Below, piece by piece: positions 1 to 11,599 of a DNA stretch of 64,000 bases (the first letter of the stretch is position 1; each line of letters opens with the position of its first letter). Where the stretch lies: assembly GCA_030390025.1 (NCBI GenBank), contig CM059432.1, positions 85,686,001 to 85,750,000 on the forward strand, given 5' to 3'. A program made the position numbers and the translations under genes. The DNA is from Squalus acanthias. Lineage: Eukaryota. The notes under the pieces were generated by a model. The model made no database searches, was not told the DNA's origin, and was given only the letters and a program-made list of their open reading frames with translations.

Positions 1-2324
1 TTTTCCTTACATCCCCCCTGTATCTTTTGCCCCAAACCTTAAATCTGTGTCCCCTAGTCCTTGTACCATCAACGAGTGGGAACAGCCTTTCCCCGTCTAG
101 CCTATCCAAACCCGTCATAATCTTGTACATGTCTATCAAATCACCCCTCAACCTCCTTTGCTCTAATGAAAACAAATCCAGCTTCTCCAACCTGTCTTTG
201 TAGCTAAGAACCCCCATCCCCGGAACCATTCTGGTAAATCTCCTCTGCACCCTCTCAAGGGCCTTCACATCCTTCCTAAAGTGTGGTGACCAGAACTGGA
301 CACAATACTCCAGTTGTGGCCTAACCAGCACTTTATAAAGGTTCAGCATAACTTCTCTACTTTTGTACTCAATACATCTATTTATGAAACCCAAGATCCC
401 ATATGCTTTGTTAACCACTCTCTCAATATGTCCTGCCAACTTTCAGGGACCTCTGCACATTAACTCCCAGGTCCCTCTGTCCCTGCACACTCTTTAAAAC
501 TGTGCCATTAAGTGTATATTGCCTCTCCCTGTTCCTTCTGCCAAAATGCATCACCTCACACTTCTCTGTATTAAATTCCATCTGCCACTTGTCTGCCCAT
601 TCTGCTAGCCTTTCTATGTCCTGTTGCAGTCAATTGGTATCATCATCACTGTTTGCCACACCCCCAAGTTTGGTGTCATTGGCAAATTTAGAAATTCTAC
701 TCTGTATTCCAATATCCAAGTCATTTATATATATTTAAAAAAGCAGTGGCCCCAGCACTAACCCTTGGGGATCACCACTGTCTACCATCCTCCAGTCTGA
801 AAAACAACCATTTACCACAACTCGCTGTTTTCTGTCCTTAAGCCAATTCCTTATCCAAGTTGCCACTGACCCACCTAGTCCATGACCCTCAATTTTGTTA
901 ACCAGCCTTCTATGTGGTACTTTGTCAAACGCCTTCCGAAAATCCATGTAGACAACATCCATTGCATTCCCTTCATCAATCCTCTCTGTTACTTCATCAA
1001 AAAATTCAATTAGATTAGTCAAACACGATCTGCCTTTTACAAATCCGTGTTGGTTCTCCTTAATTAGCTTAAACCTCTCCAAGTGCCCGTTAATTTTTTC
1101 CTTGATTATTGTTTCTAAAACTTTACCCACCACTGATGTTAAACTGACCGGCCTGTAGTTACTAGGATTGTCCTAACACCATTTCTTAAACAATGGTGTC
1201 ACATTTGCCACTTTCCAATCCACAGGCACCTCCCCCGCATCTAGGGAAGATTGGAAAATTATGGCAAGCCCTTCCGCTATCTCCTCCCCCAATTCCCTTA
1301 GCATCCTGGGATGCAGGCCATCTGGACCAGGCGGCTTGTCCACTCTAAGCATACCCAGCCTTTCTAGTACATCCTGTCTATCAATTTTCACCCCTTCCAT
1401 TGCTTCTACCTTTTCCACTTCTACCGATATTTTGTTAGCATCCACCTCCTTAGTAAACACCGATACAAAGTACTCATTGAGTATTCTAACCTTGCCCAGC
1501 GCCTCTAAGCATATATCACGTTCTTTGTCCCTATTGGCTCCACCCCGCCTCTTACTACCCGCTTACTATTTACATGCCGGTAGAAGATTTTTGGGTTCCC
1601 TTTTATGTTAACTGCCATTCTACTCCCATATTCTCTCTTTGCCAATCTTATTTTCATCTTCACTTCCCTCAACTTATTGTATTTGGTCTGGTTCTCCCTT
1701 GAAGAATTCACCTGACATGCATCATACACCCTTTTTTTTTGTTTCATCAGCTTCTCTATCTCCCTCGTCATCCAAGGAGCCCTTGCTTTGGTTCCCTTAC
1801 CCTTCCCTCTTGTTGGAATGTACCTAGCCTGTACTTGAAACATCTCCTCCTTAAATATCACCCTTCCTAGTTGGGCCAAGAACATATTGGTCAAGGAAAT
1901 TCTCCTGAACACATTTCAGAAATTCCTCCCCCTCCTTTCCGTTTACCCTAGCATTATCCCAATCAATATTTGGGTGATTAAAGTCCCCCAATATCACCAC
2001 TCTATAGCGATTGCATATCTCTGTGATTTCCCTGCAGATTTGCTCCTCTACCTCCCTCTCACTATTTGGAGGCCTATAGAATACCCCCAATAGCGTGATC
2101 ATACCCTTTTTGCTTCTCAACTCTAACCAAATGGATTCTGTCCTTGTCCCCTCAAGAACATCCTCCCTTTCCAACACGACAATGTCTTTCTTAATCAGCA
2201 CTGCCACCTCACCTCCCTTTTTTCCCTTCCCTATCTTTTCTGAACACCTTGTACCCTTGAATATTAAGTGCCCAGTCCTCACCATTTTTAAGCCACGTTT
2301 CCGTTGTTGCCACAACATCATATT
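1..2324 (-). mobile_element. CR1 LINE ORF2 (EN-RT), decayed, interrupted by a second LINE
   Basis: Minus-strand ORF pieces carry CR1 motifs (GVFYRPPN, GDFNHPNIDW, PGPDGLHPRML, QHGFVKGRSCLTNL, YMDFRKAFDKV). Closely similar to the copy at 38630-43128, with frameshifts and an internal deletion near 1863. Confidence 0.93.
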
Positions 2325-2354
2325 ACTAGTTGATCTGTAGTTGCTAGGATTGTC

Positions 2355-4192
2355 CTAATCAACAGATCAGATCAAAGCTCTGCAGTCCTACCACATCCAG
2401 TCGTGAATGGTGGTGGATCATTAAACAACTAATGGGAGGAGGAGGCTCCATGAATATCCCCATCCTCAATGATGGTGGAGCCCAGCACGTGAGTGCAAAA
2501 GACAAGGCTGAAGCGTTTGCAACCATCTTCAACCAGAAGTGCCTGAGGTCACCACGATCACAGAAGCCAGTCTTCAGCCAATTCGATTTACTCCACGTGA
2601 TATCAAGAAACGGCTGAGCGCACTGGATACAGCAAAGGCTATGGGCCCCGACAACATCCCGGCTGTTGTGCTGACGACTTGTGCTCCAGAGCTAGCAGCG
2701 CCTCTAGCCAAGCTCTTCCAGTACAGCTACAATACTGGCATCTATCAGACAATGTGGAAAACTGCCCAGGTATGTCCTGTCCACAAAAAAACAGGACAAA
2801 TCCAACCCGGCTAATTACCGCCCCATCAGTCTACTCTCAATCATCAGCAAAGTAATGGAAGGTGTCATCAACAGTGCTATCAAGCGGCACTTACTCACCA
2901 ATAACCTGCTCACTGATGCCCAGTTTGGGTTCCGCCAAGACCACTCGGCTCCCGACCTCATTACAGCCTTGGTCCAAACATGGACAAAGGAGCTGAATTC
3001 CAGAGGTGAGGTGAGAGTAACTGCCCTGGACATCAAGGCAGCATTTGACCGAGTGTGGCATCAAGGAGCCCTAGAAAAACTGAAGTCAATGGGAATCGGG
3101 GGGAAAACACTCCACTGGCTGGAGTCATACCTAGCACAAAGGAAGATGGTTGTGGTGGTTGAAGGTCAATCATCACAGCCCCAGGACATCGCTGCAGGAG
3201 TTCCTCAGGGCAGTATCCTAGGCCCAACCATCTTCAGCTGCTTCATCAATGACCTTCCCTCCAAATTAAGGTCAGAAATGGGGATTTTCGCTGATGACTG
3301 CACAGTGTTCAGCGCCATTCACAACTCCTCAGATAATGTAGCACTCCATGCCCGCATGCAACAAGACCTGGACAACGTTCAGGCTTGGGCTGATAAGTGG
3401 CAGGTAACATTCGCGCCACAGAAGTGCCAGGCAATTACTATCTCCAACATGCGAGAGTCTAACCACCTCCCCTTGACATTCAACGGTATTACCATCGCCA
3501 AATCCCCCACCATCAACATCCTGGGGGTCACCATAGACCAGAAATTTAACTGGACCAGCCACATAAATACTGTGGCAACAAGAGCAGGTCAGAGGCTAGG
3601 TATTCTGCGGCGAGTATCTCACCTCCTGACTCCCCAAAGCCTTTCTACCATCTACAAGGCACAAGTAAGGAGTGTGATGGAATACTCTCCACTTGCCTGG
3701 ATGAGTGCAGCTCCAACAACACTCAAGAAGCTCGACACCATCCAGGACAAAGCAGTCCGCTTGATTGGCACCCCATCCACTACCTTAAACATTCACTCCC
3801 TCCACCACCGGCGCATCATGGCTGCAGTGTGTACCATCTACACGATGCACTGCAGCAACTCGCCAAGGCTTCTTCAGCAGCACCTCCCAAACCCGCGACC
3901 TCTTCCACCTAGAAGGACAAGGGCAGCAGGCGCATGGGAACACCACCACCTCCAAGTTCCCCTCCAAGTCACACACCATCCTGACTTAGAAATATATCGC
4001 CGATCCTTCATCGTCGCTGGGTCAAAATCCTGGAACTCCCTCCCTAACAGCACTGTGGGAGTACCTTCACCACGCAGACTGCAGCGGTTCAAGAAGGCGG
4101 CTCACCACCACTTTCTCAAGGGCAACTAGGGATGGGCAATAAATGCTGGCCTTGCCAGCGACGCCCACATCCCATAAATGAATTTTTTTTAA
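2355..4192 (+). mobile_element. 5'-truncated non-LTR retrotransposon, CR1/Zenon-like family; 424-aa RT ORF at 2855-4129
   Basis: RT motifs QFGFR, LDIKAAFDRVWH, GVPQGSILGP, FADD, YKAQVRSVMEY. The 3' UTR has a short hairpin and an A/T tail. ATATT flanks both sides (2320-2324, 4193-4197). Clade name is by recognition only. Confidence 0.9.
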
Positions 4193-4495
4193 ATATTGCT
4201 ACACTGCTAATTGTGCTTGTAGCTCACCAACCTTATTCACCACACTTTATGCGTTTACGTACATGCATTCTAAACCCATTTTTGAATTTTTCGTAGTCTT
4301 TCTTAGTCTGCTCCTATCTAATATCGTACTACTTCCGCCTCTAGTACTACTTTCTTCTCTAGTACTATCCAACACACTCACTCTTTCATGCACCTTATTC
4401 CTCTTTTCTACGTCTGTATGCTGGTGCCCATCCCCCTGCCAAACTAGTTTAAACCCTCCCCAACAGCACTAACAAACCTCCCCGCGAGAATATTG
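4193..4495 (-). mobile_element. Continuation of the interrupted CR1 (ORF1 end / ORF2 start)
   Basis: Colinear with the reverse complement of about 39555-39855; resumes where 2324 stops. Confidence 0.88.
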
Positions 4496-4847
4496 AATAA
4501 TGTTCAATTTGGTTAGATTCGTGATGGTGCAAAGAAGGAATTATCTGTTTTTTAAGGGGAGGAGAATCAATCTAAAAGAGTATTTTAAATATAAGCTAAA
4601 AGATCATTGTAAGCCTCTGTGGATGTTTTATTCAGAAAGGAATTTAAAGATAGTATTTTATGATCAATTTTTAAAGTACAATAGATTAATATGTGTTACG
4701 GGAGACAAATTAAACTTCAGGTTTTGATGTTAATATGTGTTGGAGGAATGGCTGTGCAGAGTGGAATAGATTTGTATGATACAATGGAATGATCATGATG
4801 TTGTAAATGTTTTTAATGTTCAATAAATAATATATATTAAAAAAAAA
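4496..4847 (+). mobile_element. Probable 3' end of an L1/Tx1-like LINE
   Basis: ORF 4500-4727 (RRNYLFFKGRRINLKEYFKYKL...LNFRF*) resembles Tx1-type ORF2 C-termini. It is followed by AATAAA and an A9 tail. Confidence 0.45.
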
Positions 4848-5307
4848 GTGGGTAGCACTCTCACCTCTGAGTCAAAAGGTTGTGGGTTCAAGTCCCACTC
4901 CAGGGACTTGAGCACAAAAATCTAGGCTGACTCTCCAGTGCAGTACTGAGGGAGTGCTGTACTATTGGAGGTGCCATCTTTCGGATGAGACGTTAAACCG
5001 AGGCCCCGTCTGCTCTCTCAGGTGGATGTAAAAGATCCCTTGGCACTATTTCGAAGAAGAGCAGGGGAGTTATCCCCGGTGTCCTGGGCAATATTTATCC
5101 CTCAATCAACATAACAAAAGCAGATTATCTGGTCATTATCACATTGCTGTTTGTGGGAGCTTGCTGAGCGCAAATTGGCTGCCGCGTTTCCTACATTACA
5201 ACAGTGACTACACTCCAAAAAGTACTTCCTTGGCTGTAAAGCGCTTTGAGACGTCCAGTGGTCGTGAAAGGCGCTATGTAAATCCAAGTCTTTCTTTTTC
5301 TTTCTTT
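4848..5307 (+). mobile_element. tRNA-derived SINE (Deu-domain/SacSINE1-like) with L2-type tail
   Basis: B-box GGTTCAAGTCC and a conserved core. The 3' end GTAAAGCGCTTTGAGACG...GGCGCTAT is followed by (TTTC)n. Matches the copy at 41936-42399. Confidence 0.85.
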
Positions 5308-5860
5308 ATATCACCTTTACCAACTTTCTCTTCCACCTTCCAGAAATCTTTGTTGAAGATACTAGTTTGCTTTGTCACAGTACAGTTTTTATTTTGCATG
5401 GAATTAGATAATCAGATGTAGAATGAAGTCAGAATTTTGTTGCCCTTTTGTGCTATGGTACCTCTGAAATTATTAGGGCACAGAAGGTCATGGGAAAGAA
5501 GGAAGGAACCAGATGCATCTAGATCAGTAACCTGGAGGAATTTCACAGGAAAATAATTGCATGCAGGTGTGAAAAGTTACCTTACCTTCAAACATCGCTT
5601 CAAGAGAAGCACGTGAAGCAAAACAGATCTAAAGTCAATCATTTAATGTTTAAAGCAATGTCAAAAGACCTCACAGGGAACAAAAGATGTGTCATTGCTG
5701 TTCATGTGCAATTACACAGGGCAAGAGATTAGTTGAGCCAGAAGCGCTATCATAGTAAAGACTATTAAGTAAATGGAGTCTGCAAAAATGTACTCATAAT
5801 GGGAATTGGACAGGAATTTGTATAAGTCAGTTCTTCATGAAAGCAAACTTAGAAAACAAG

Positions 5861-6020
5861 TGTCAGCTTAGCTCAGTTGACAGCACTCTCGAATCTTAGC
5901 CAGAAGTCATGGATTCAAGCCCCACTGCAGGATTTGAGCTTATAATTGCAGGAATACTACTGAAAGAATTCTACATTGTTGGATTCAGCTGCCACTATTT
6001 GGATGAGACATTAAAGTGAC
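5861..6020 (+). mobile_element. Degraded 5' part of the same SINE family
   Basis: GTGTCAGCTTAGCTCAGTTGACAGCACTCTC...GGATTCAAGCCC, with A/B-box remnants. Confidence 0.6.
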
Positions 6021-6128
6021 AGCACACAGTGTCATTAATTCAAAACAAGAAAGAAATGGTTAGGAAAGCCCAAAATGAAAATTCTAAGGAGAAAAGTGGG
6101 GATGTAGGTGGGAGCCCAGGGCAGCAGA

Positions 6129-7008
6129 GGCCTAGACTTTCCTTGTGGCCCCACAAAGATAAGTTTGAAATCGACCCTTGGGGTTTTTCGCTTCATCCCT
6201 GACAGCTTTTACTGAGCAGGGCGCCCACAGCAGGCTCAGTACACCACTAAAATGTAATTGGGGTCTAATGTATATCATAGGACCCTGATTAGCTTATATC
6301 GATGAGGATCCCACCTGAGACAGGCGGGAGCCTCATCCGCTGGAAAAAAACAGCCAGGTTACACCTGCTGCAGGGCGGGAATGGAGCAGCAAATAGTGAC
6401 ACTCGATTTTCACTCACATTCCGCCTGATGAGGGAGTTTAAATTTCCCCCCTGTAGGGAATTGTCAAGTGCAGGCCAGATGCTTCCCTATGTGAAATGGG
6501 GGGAAATTGGACACACAAGCCCCAATTTTATACCGCAGCTGGAGTTGTGCGGGCTGGGACCGAGGCGGACAAAAAACCATCTGGCCCTCCACAGCCTGAG
6601 GCCCACGAGATTTTAACTCCCAGGCCTCATCTCCATAGGCCCTCTCAGTCTACCACCCAAAGCTGGCAGGAAGCGCTAGCTGGCCGGTGGATGCCGCCAC
6701 TGGGAAACCGAAGGAACAGTCCCCAAAAGTCCTATAAGCAGTTAGGAGGAGGTTGGGAAGGCTTCGCAGTTGGGGAGTGAAAAGCCTCGAGTTAAAATTG
6801 CAGTTGGAGCTTGATGATGTCATCGGAGCCCAATCTTTATATTCGAAGAAGGTCCCTGCTAGACCTTCCAGTGGTTGTCCCACTTGTCAGCTGAAAAGAG
6901 TAGGTTAAAATTGCAACTAGGCAGCGGGATGGAGGGGTAAGTTGCTGTGGCCATTTTAACTGTCTGCCCAACTGGTTTCCGCTGGGCGGGCATGTTTAAA
7001 ATCATCCC
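6129..7008. mobile_element. Probable non-autonomous DNA transposon relic(s), Harbinger-like
   Basis: GC-richer segments bounded by GGGGGAAATT / AATTTCCCCC / AAAATCATCCC, resembling the Harbinger termini at 55718 and 63012. No ORF. Confidence 0.3.
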
Positions 7009-8378
7009 TAAAGTCTTCCTTATCTCTTTTACCATAACACAGCAGCATTGTCTGAACACTGAGAACAGATGGATTTTGAATTAGATGCATTGGGGGGCCA
7101 GTGGAGGTCAGTGAGAATGGGAATGATGGGCGAGTGCGACTTAGTGGGGAACGTGATGCAGGCAGGAAAACTTTGCATGAGTGCCTCTGGGTATTAAATG
7201 ATGTAGTTTGAACTCATACATTCAAAGTATTTGAATTTACCTAAATTTCTTTCACCTGATGACTTAATGACACTCTTGAAGCTATAACTTCCAGTATGAA
7301 GGAGATTTCAAAGAACATGATGTTTGATGCTCAGACACACTGCTCTCATTTTCCTGTACCCCAAAAACCCATTATAACTATGATCCTTAAATACATCAGG
7401 ACAGACTTAAATATATTTACAACTTTTCAAGTATTGCAGCCAAACTAATTTTAAAAACAATTTTATTTTCCTTCTGTAAGGATTATTTATGATTTTCACA
7501 CCTCCACGTTGGGTGTTAGAGTGGGGTTCGTAGACCTGAATCTGCCTTAACAGAAACACACAGATACACTATCTCTCACAGAGATCTTTTATTTAAGCAC
7601 TAACACACGGGTTAAATAAGAAACACAACTTGCCAGCACAGGTACGCCGGGCCGAATGGCCTCCTTCTGTGCTGTAAATTTCTAGACCTGTTCTGGAGTC
7701 TTCAAGTGTCCGATGGCCAAACCGACGATCTCCCAAAGTCTTTTGAAACCTTTAGACGTCTTCTTTCTGCTAGACCAGGACACGTTTGTCCTCACTGACT
7801 ACAGTAAAGGGGCTAGGTATTGTTAAGTTCTTATATTCTTTGAGTCCACACTTCCCTCATGATTTTCACATGCACATCTCAATGATTGGTTCCCTTAAGC
7901 GTGGCTATTCCCCTGGTTGTTCATGGTTGGTTCAAAGTTTAGTGGGGTCACTTCATCACGCGTGTCACTTCTGAAGTTTAACGAGGGTCTTATCTCAAGA
8001 CAGTACCAGTTGCTTCCGCTGGTCCCATCGCAACCCAAGATTTGTCCTTGGTTACAAGCTGCCTTTGTCTGACAAAATTTCTGTTCAATGTTCCTCCAGT
8101 TTAATGTGGTTTAGCCATATTAAAGTTCTTCTTGTTAGGGATTCACTTTGAATGTCTGAACATGTGCAGTTATTTTGTTGTGTACTTCAGTCTAGTTTGA
8201 ATTTCTGTTTGTGGAGAAGCAACTGACCAATTAGGTAAACAAAAAGCTTCTGCAGAGGAGTCTGAGATAGCGCGAAGATAGTAGGAGCAGCCGAGATAGC
8301 TTTTTACTGTCTCCTGGTTTACAATATTTTTGAGAGGTCGCACAACACCAGGTTATAGTCCAACAGTTTTATTTGAAA

Positions 8379-8416
8379 TCACAAGCTTTCGGAGCTATCG
8401 CTCCTTCCTCAGGTGA
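8379..8416 (-). ncRNA. Minimal type I hammerhead ribozyme motif (left-arm copy)
   Basis: Exact reverse complement of 9092-9129. Confidence 0.75.
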
Positions 8417-9091
8417 AGTAAATTGGATACAGAATCGCCAGAGCATATATAGATGGAAAAAAAAGCATGTGTACTTTACAATTGCAGACCAATAAATTAA
8501 ATCATCCTGACTATCTGCCGAGGTGTGATAAAGTTAATTAAGTCAGCCAGGAAGGTACCACATCAAAAGACATAGCAAGATACAACTGAGACAATGAGGT
8601 GTAGTCGCAGGGGTTCCAACGTGTCAAAAGCTGCCGTCTGTATGTAAAACGAAAAGCTTTAAAAAAAATTTACTTTTTTACTGGGAAAATTTTTACTTTT
8701 TTACTGGGAATCACATCTGTGAACAAGCTAACGACGACTCGAGTCCGGATCACGTCATGTATCGTGTATCACATGACGTGATCCGGACTCGAGTCGTCGT
8801 TAGCTTGTTCACAGATGTGATTCCCAGTAAAAAAGTAAATTTTTTTTAAAGCTTTTCGTTTTACATACAGACGGCAGCTTTTGACACGTTGGAACCCCTG
8901 CGACTACACCTCATTGTCTCAGTTGTATCTTGCTATGTCTTTTGATGTGGTACCTTCCTGGCTGACTTAATTAACTTTATCACACCTCGGCAGATAGTCA
9001 GGATGATTTAATTTATTGGTCTGCAATTGTAAAGTACACATGCTTTTTTTTCCATCTATATATGCTCTGGCGATTCTGTATCCAATTTACT

Positions 9092-9129
9092 TCACCTGAG
9101 GAAGGAGCGATAGCTCCGAAAGCTTGTGA
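9092..9129 (+). ncRNA. Minimal type I hammerhead ribozyme motif
   Basis: TCAC-CTGAGGA-A-GGAGC-GATA-GCTCC-GAAA-GCT-T-GTGA: CUGANGA and GAAA cores, 5-bp stem II, TCAC/GTGA stem I, palindromic AAGCTT in place of helix III. Confidence 0.78.
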
Positions 9130-9280
9130 TTTCAAATAAAACTGTTGGACTATAACCTGGTGTTGTGCGACCTCTCAATTTTGTCCACCCCAGTCCAACA
9201 CCGGCATCTCCGCATCATTACAATATTTTCCCATAGTATCATTCCATAAACTAACAGCCAGCAGATTACAGTGTCTGGAC

Positions 9281-9435
9281 CAACGTTCCCTCTAAGCAGC
9301 GCAGCGTGCAACTCTCTGCCATCCTGTGCAGCCCAGGACCGGCTTTTACAATGTTAAATTGTGCGTGAAACTGTGAATGGGCCGCGCAGCCCCTTAAAGG
9401 GGCCGTGCACCCAAAAAAAATTAGGGGGAACATTG
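9281..9435. mobile_element. hAT-type MITE (155 bp)
   Basis: TIRs CAACGTTCCCTCTAA / TTAGGGGGAACATTG; 8-bp TSD GTCTGGAC / GTCTGGAG (7 of 8 match). Confidence 0.8.
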
Positions 9436-9602
9436 GTCTGGAGTACCACTCTGCACATAAACAAAGTATGAGTGAGTGCCTGTTAATTTTGAATTGTGAG
9501 GAGTTTTGCACTGAGACACATGCCCAGCAAAGAAAGACAACTTTCATCCCATCAGGCTGGATCAAACCACATTCACTGAAGTGAAAACACGATGTTCTAA
9601 CC

Positions 9603-10782
9603 CAGGGATGTCCAACCTGCTGCCCTATGGACACATTTGGCCTTCGAGCTTTGGCAATTCAGCCCTCAAAGCCCAGACAATCCAGTCCTATTTTCACCTA
9701 TATTTATTCTGTTGGTTCGCCCTGTTACACACAAGGGATTATCAGAAATTAATACGCATGGAATTGGAGGTAACCTTGTGACATGGGTCGGTAATTGGTT
9801 GGGAGGTAGGAAACAAGAGAGTGGGGATAAAGAGTTTGTTCTCTGATTGACGGGATGTGACAAATGGAGTTTCCCAGGATCTGTACTGGGGCTTCCACTT
9901 TTCACCATATATATTAATGACTTGGATGAAGGAATAGAGAGTTGTGTATCCGAGTTTGCAGATGACACCGAGTTAGGAGGCACTGTAAGTTGTGTAGATA
10001 GGAGCAGGAAATTACAATGGGACATAGACAGATTGTGTTAATGGACAAAACTATGGTATATTGGCCTTAGAGCGGGGTAAAGCGCAGATTCACCAGAATT
10101 AAACCAAGGTTATTTATGAGGACAAGTTGCTTAAACTTGGTTTGTATCCACTTGAGTTTAGAAGGTTGCGGGGTGAACTAACTGAGGCATTTAAAATGAT
10201 AAAGGGATTTGATTGGGTAGAAACAAAGAAAGTATTTCCTCTGGTGAGGGAATCCAGAACAAGGGGGCATAATCTTAAAATTAGAGCTAAGCCATTTACG
10301 AGAGAAATCAAGAAGTATTTTCTCACACAAAGGGTAGTAGAAATCTGAAACTCTCTTCCCCGAAAGGCTGTGGACGCTGGGGGTAAATTCAAATTTTCAA
10401 GACTGAGATCTCAATTGATTTTTGTTAGGTAAGGGGAAATCAAGGAATATGGAGAATAGGTGGGTAAATGGAGTTGATGTACGGATCAGCCATAATCTAA
10501 TAGAACGGCAGAACAGGCTTGAGGGGCTGAATGACCTATTCCACTTCCCATTATCCTGTGTTTGAATGTTGTTGACCTGAAGCTTTAGAAACAGTTATCT
10601 TTAATGCTATTTCCTCATTGATAGATAAATCTTAAATCAGAATACCTGTAATGCTGTTACTATCAGCAACATGAGATATATCCAAATTAATGAGAATATT
10701 AATTTAAAATTTATATGTGCCCTATGAGGCTCTATTGTATGCATTTACACAGCCCGTAAAGACAAAAGATTGGACACCCCTG
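9603..10782. mobile_element. Old hAT/Charlie-like non-autonomous element with a nested CR1
   Basis: Termini CAGGGATGTCCAA / TTGGACACCCCTG; flanks TTCTAACC / TAGTAACT (5 of 8 match). Confidence 0.5.
9722..10555 (+). mobile_element. CR1 LINE 3' fragment
   Basis: GSVLGLPLFTIYINDLD, FADDT, LEFRRLRGEL, RTRGHNLKI; CR1 3' UTR hairpin remnant. Confidence 0.88.
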
Positions 10783-11075
10783 TAGTAACTCACTGTGTCA
10801 CTTTCTTTCAAATGTCGTTGTTTAATAGACTCAGGTTGTAAAAGGACAAATATCAGTTTTAATTAAGCCACTGCTGCAATAGAAACTTTCTGTATGTGTT
10901 GGTACTAAGTTACTCAGCTGTTTGCTTATTGTTACCCACGCACTTGTCCAGTCAATATGACGAACTCCCACACCATCTCCAATCACTGTAACAATCTGAC
11001 AATGAACAGTAAGGCGTCGAAATCACGCTATATGATATGAGTAATGGATATGCGAACCCTTGCAGGTATTGCGGC

Positions 11076-11192
11076 GGACCCTTGTTGGTGTTGCACGGGG
11101 GGAGGACCCTTGTTGGTGTTGCACGGGGGGAGGAGGACCCTTGTTGGTGTTGCACGGGGGGAGGAGGACCCTTGTTGGTGTTGCACGGGGGA
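11076..11192 (+). repeat. G-rich minisatellite, 4 units of 27-31 bp, ending 23 nt before the TERF1 ATG
   Basis: GGACCCTTGTTGGTGTTGCACGGGGG(G)A(GGA) starting at 11076, 11104, 11135 and 11166. Confidence 0.95.
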
Positions 11193-11215
11193 GGGGTGCA
11201 GTTTGTTTGAGTAAA

Positions 11216-11390
11216 ATGGAGGTGGGGAGCCGGACTGAGGGGGTGAGTGGCTCGTCTCTCGGGAATGACTTTTACCAGATGGTGGATGTGGCAAGCGGCT
11301 GGATCGTGGATTTCATGTGTTACTGTCTGTGCCAGTATTTCGGGGCGGGGATGTACGAGGAGTTCAGGGTGGTGAGGGACGCCATGAACG
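11216..11390 (+). CDS. TERF1: TERF1 exon 1 (short N-terminus, start of TRFH)
   Basis: AAAATGG Kozak context. MEVGSRTEGVSGSSLGNDFYQMVDVASGWIVDFMCYCLCQYFGAGMYEEFRVVRDAMN aligns with human VAAGWMLDFLCLSLCRAF. Donor G|GTGAGT, phase 1. Confidence 0.9.
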
Positions 11391-11599
11391 GTGAGTATCC
11401 AAACCCGAGGCTGCGCGTAAATCCTCCATCCCGTTGGGATTAATCACCGTCTTCCTTTGTAGAATCTCACTGAGACCGCTTCATCCACGGCTGGTGCCAA
11501 ATCCATAATCAGGATCGGCTGCTCGAAGCCGCTTTTTTCTCCTCTTTTCCTCACCATCTCTCCTGAAAGTACTGCCTTCTCGCTTGACGCCAGTTACTC

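Larger units (their letters stand above)
8330..9217 (+). mobile_element. Penelope-like element remnant: inverted pseudo-LTR pair plus 3' tail, 12-bp TSD
   Basis: Arms 8330-8760 and 8771-9178 are reverse complements except for a 23-nt duplication in the left arm. Unpaired tail at 9179-9217. TTACAATATTTT occurs at 8319-8330 and 9218-9229. Each arm has a hammerhead motif. Confidence 0.85.
7514..9256 (-). mobile_element. Possible solo LTR, interrupted near one end by the Penelope hairpin
   Basis: TGTTAG...CTAACA termini, with minus-strand AATAAA, TATA-like and CCAAT motifs in LTR order. No TSD found. Contains a CR1 3'-tail fragment at about 7636-7685. Confidence 0.4.

Noticed and set aside
4848..4915. 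tRNA genes (also at 42330-42399)
   Set aside because: A/B boxes belong to SINE heads that continue into SINE core and tail; there is no complete cloverleaf.
11076..11192. CRISPR-like array
   Set aside because: Units are contiguous with no unique spacers, and the context is eukaryotic.
11060..11443. 127-aa ORF as a single-exon gene
   Set aside because: It starts at TTG, runs through the VNTR, contains TERF1 exon 1 and reads past the GTGAGT donor into the intron.
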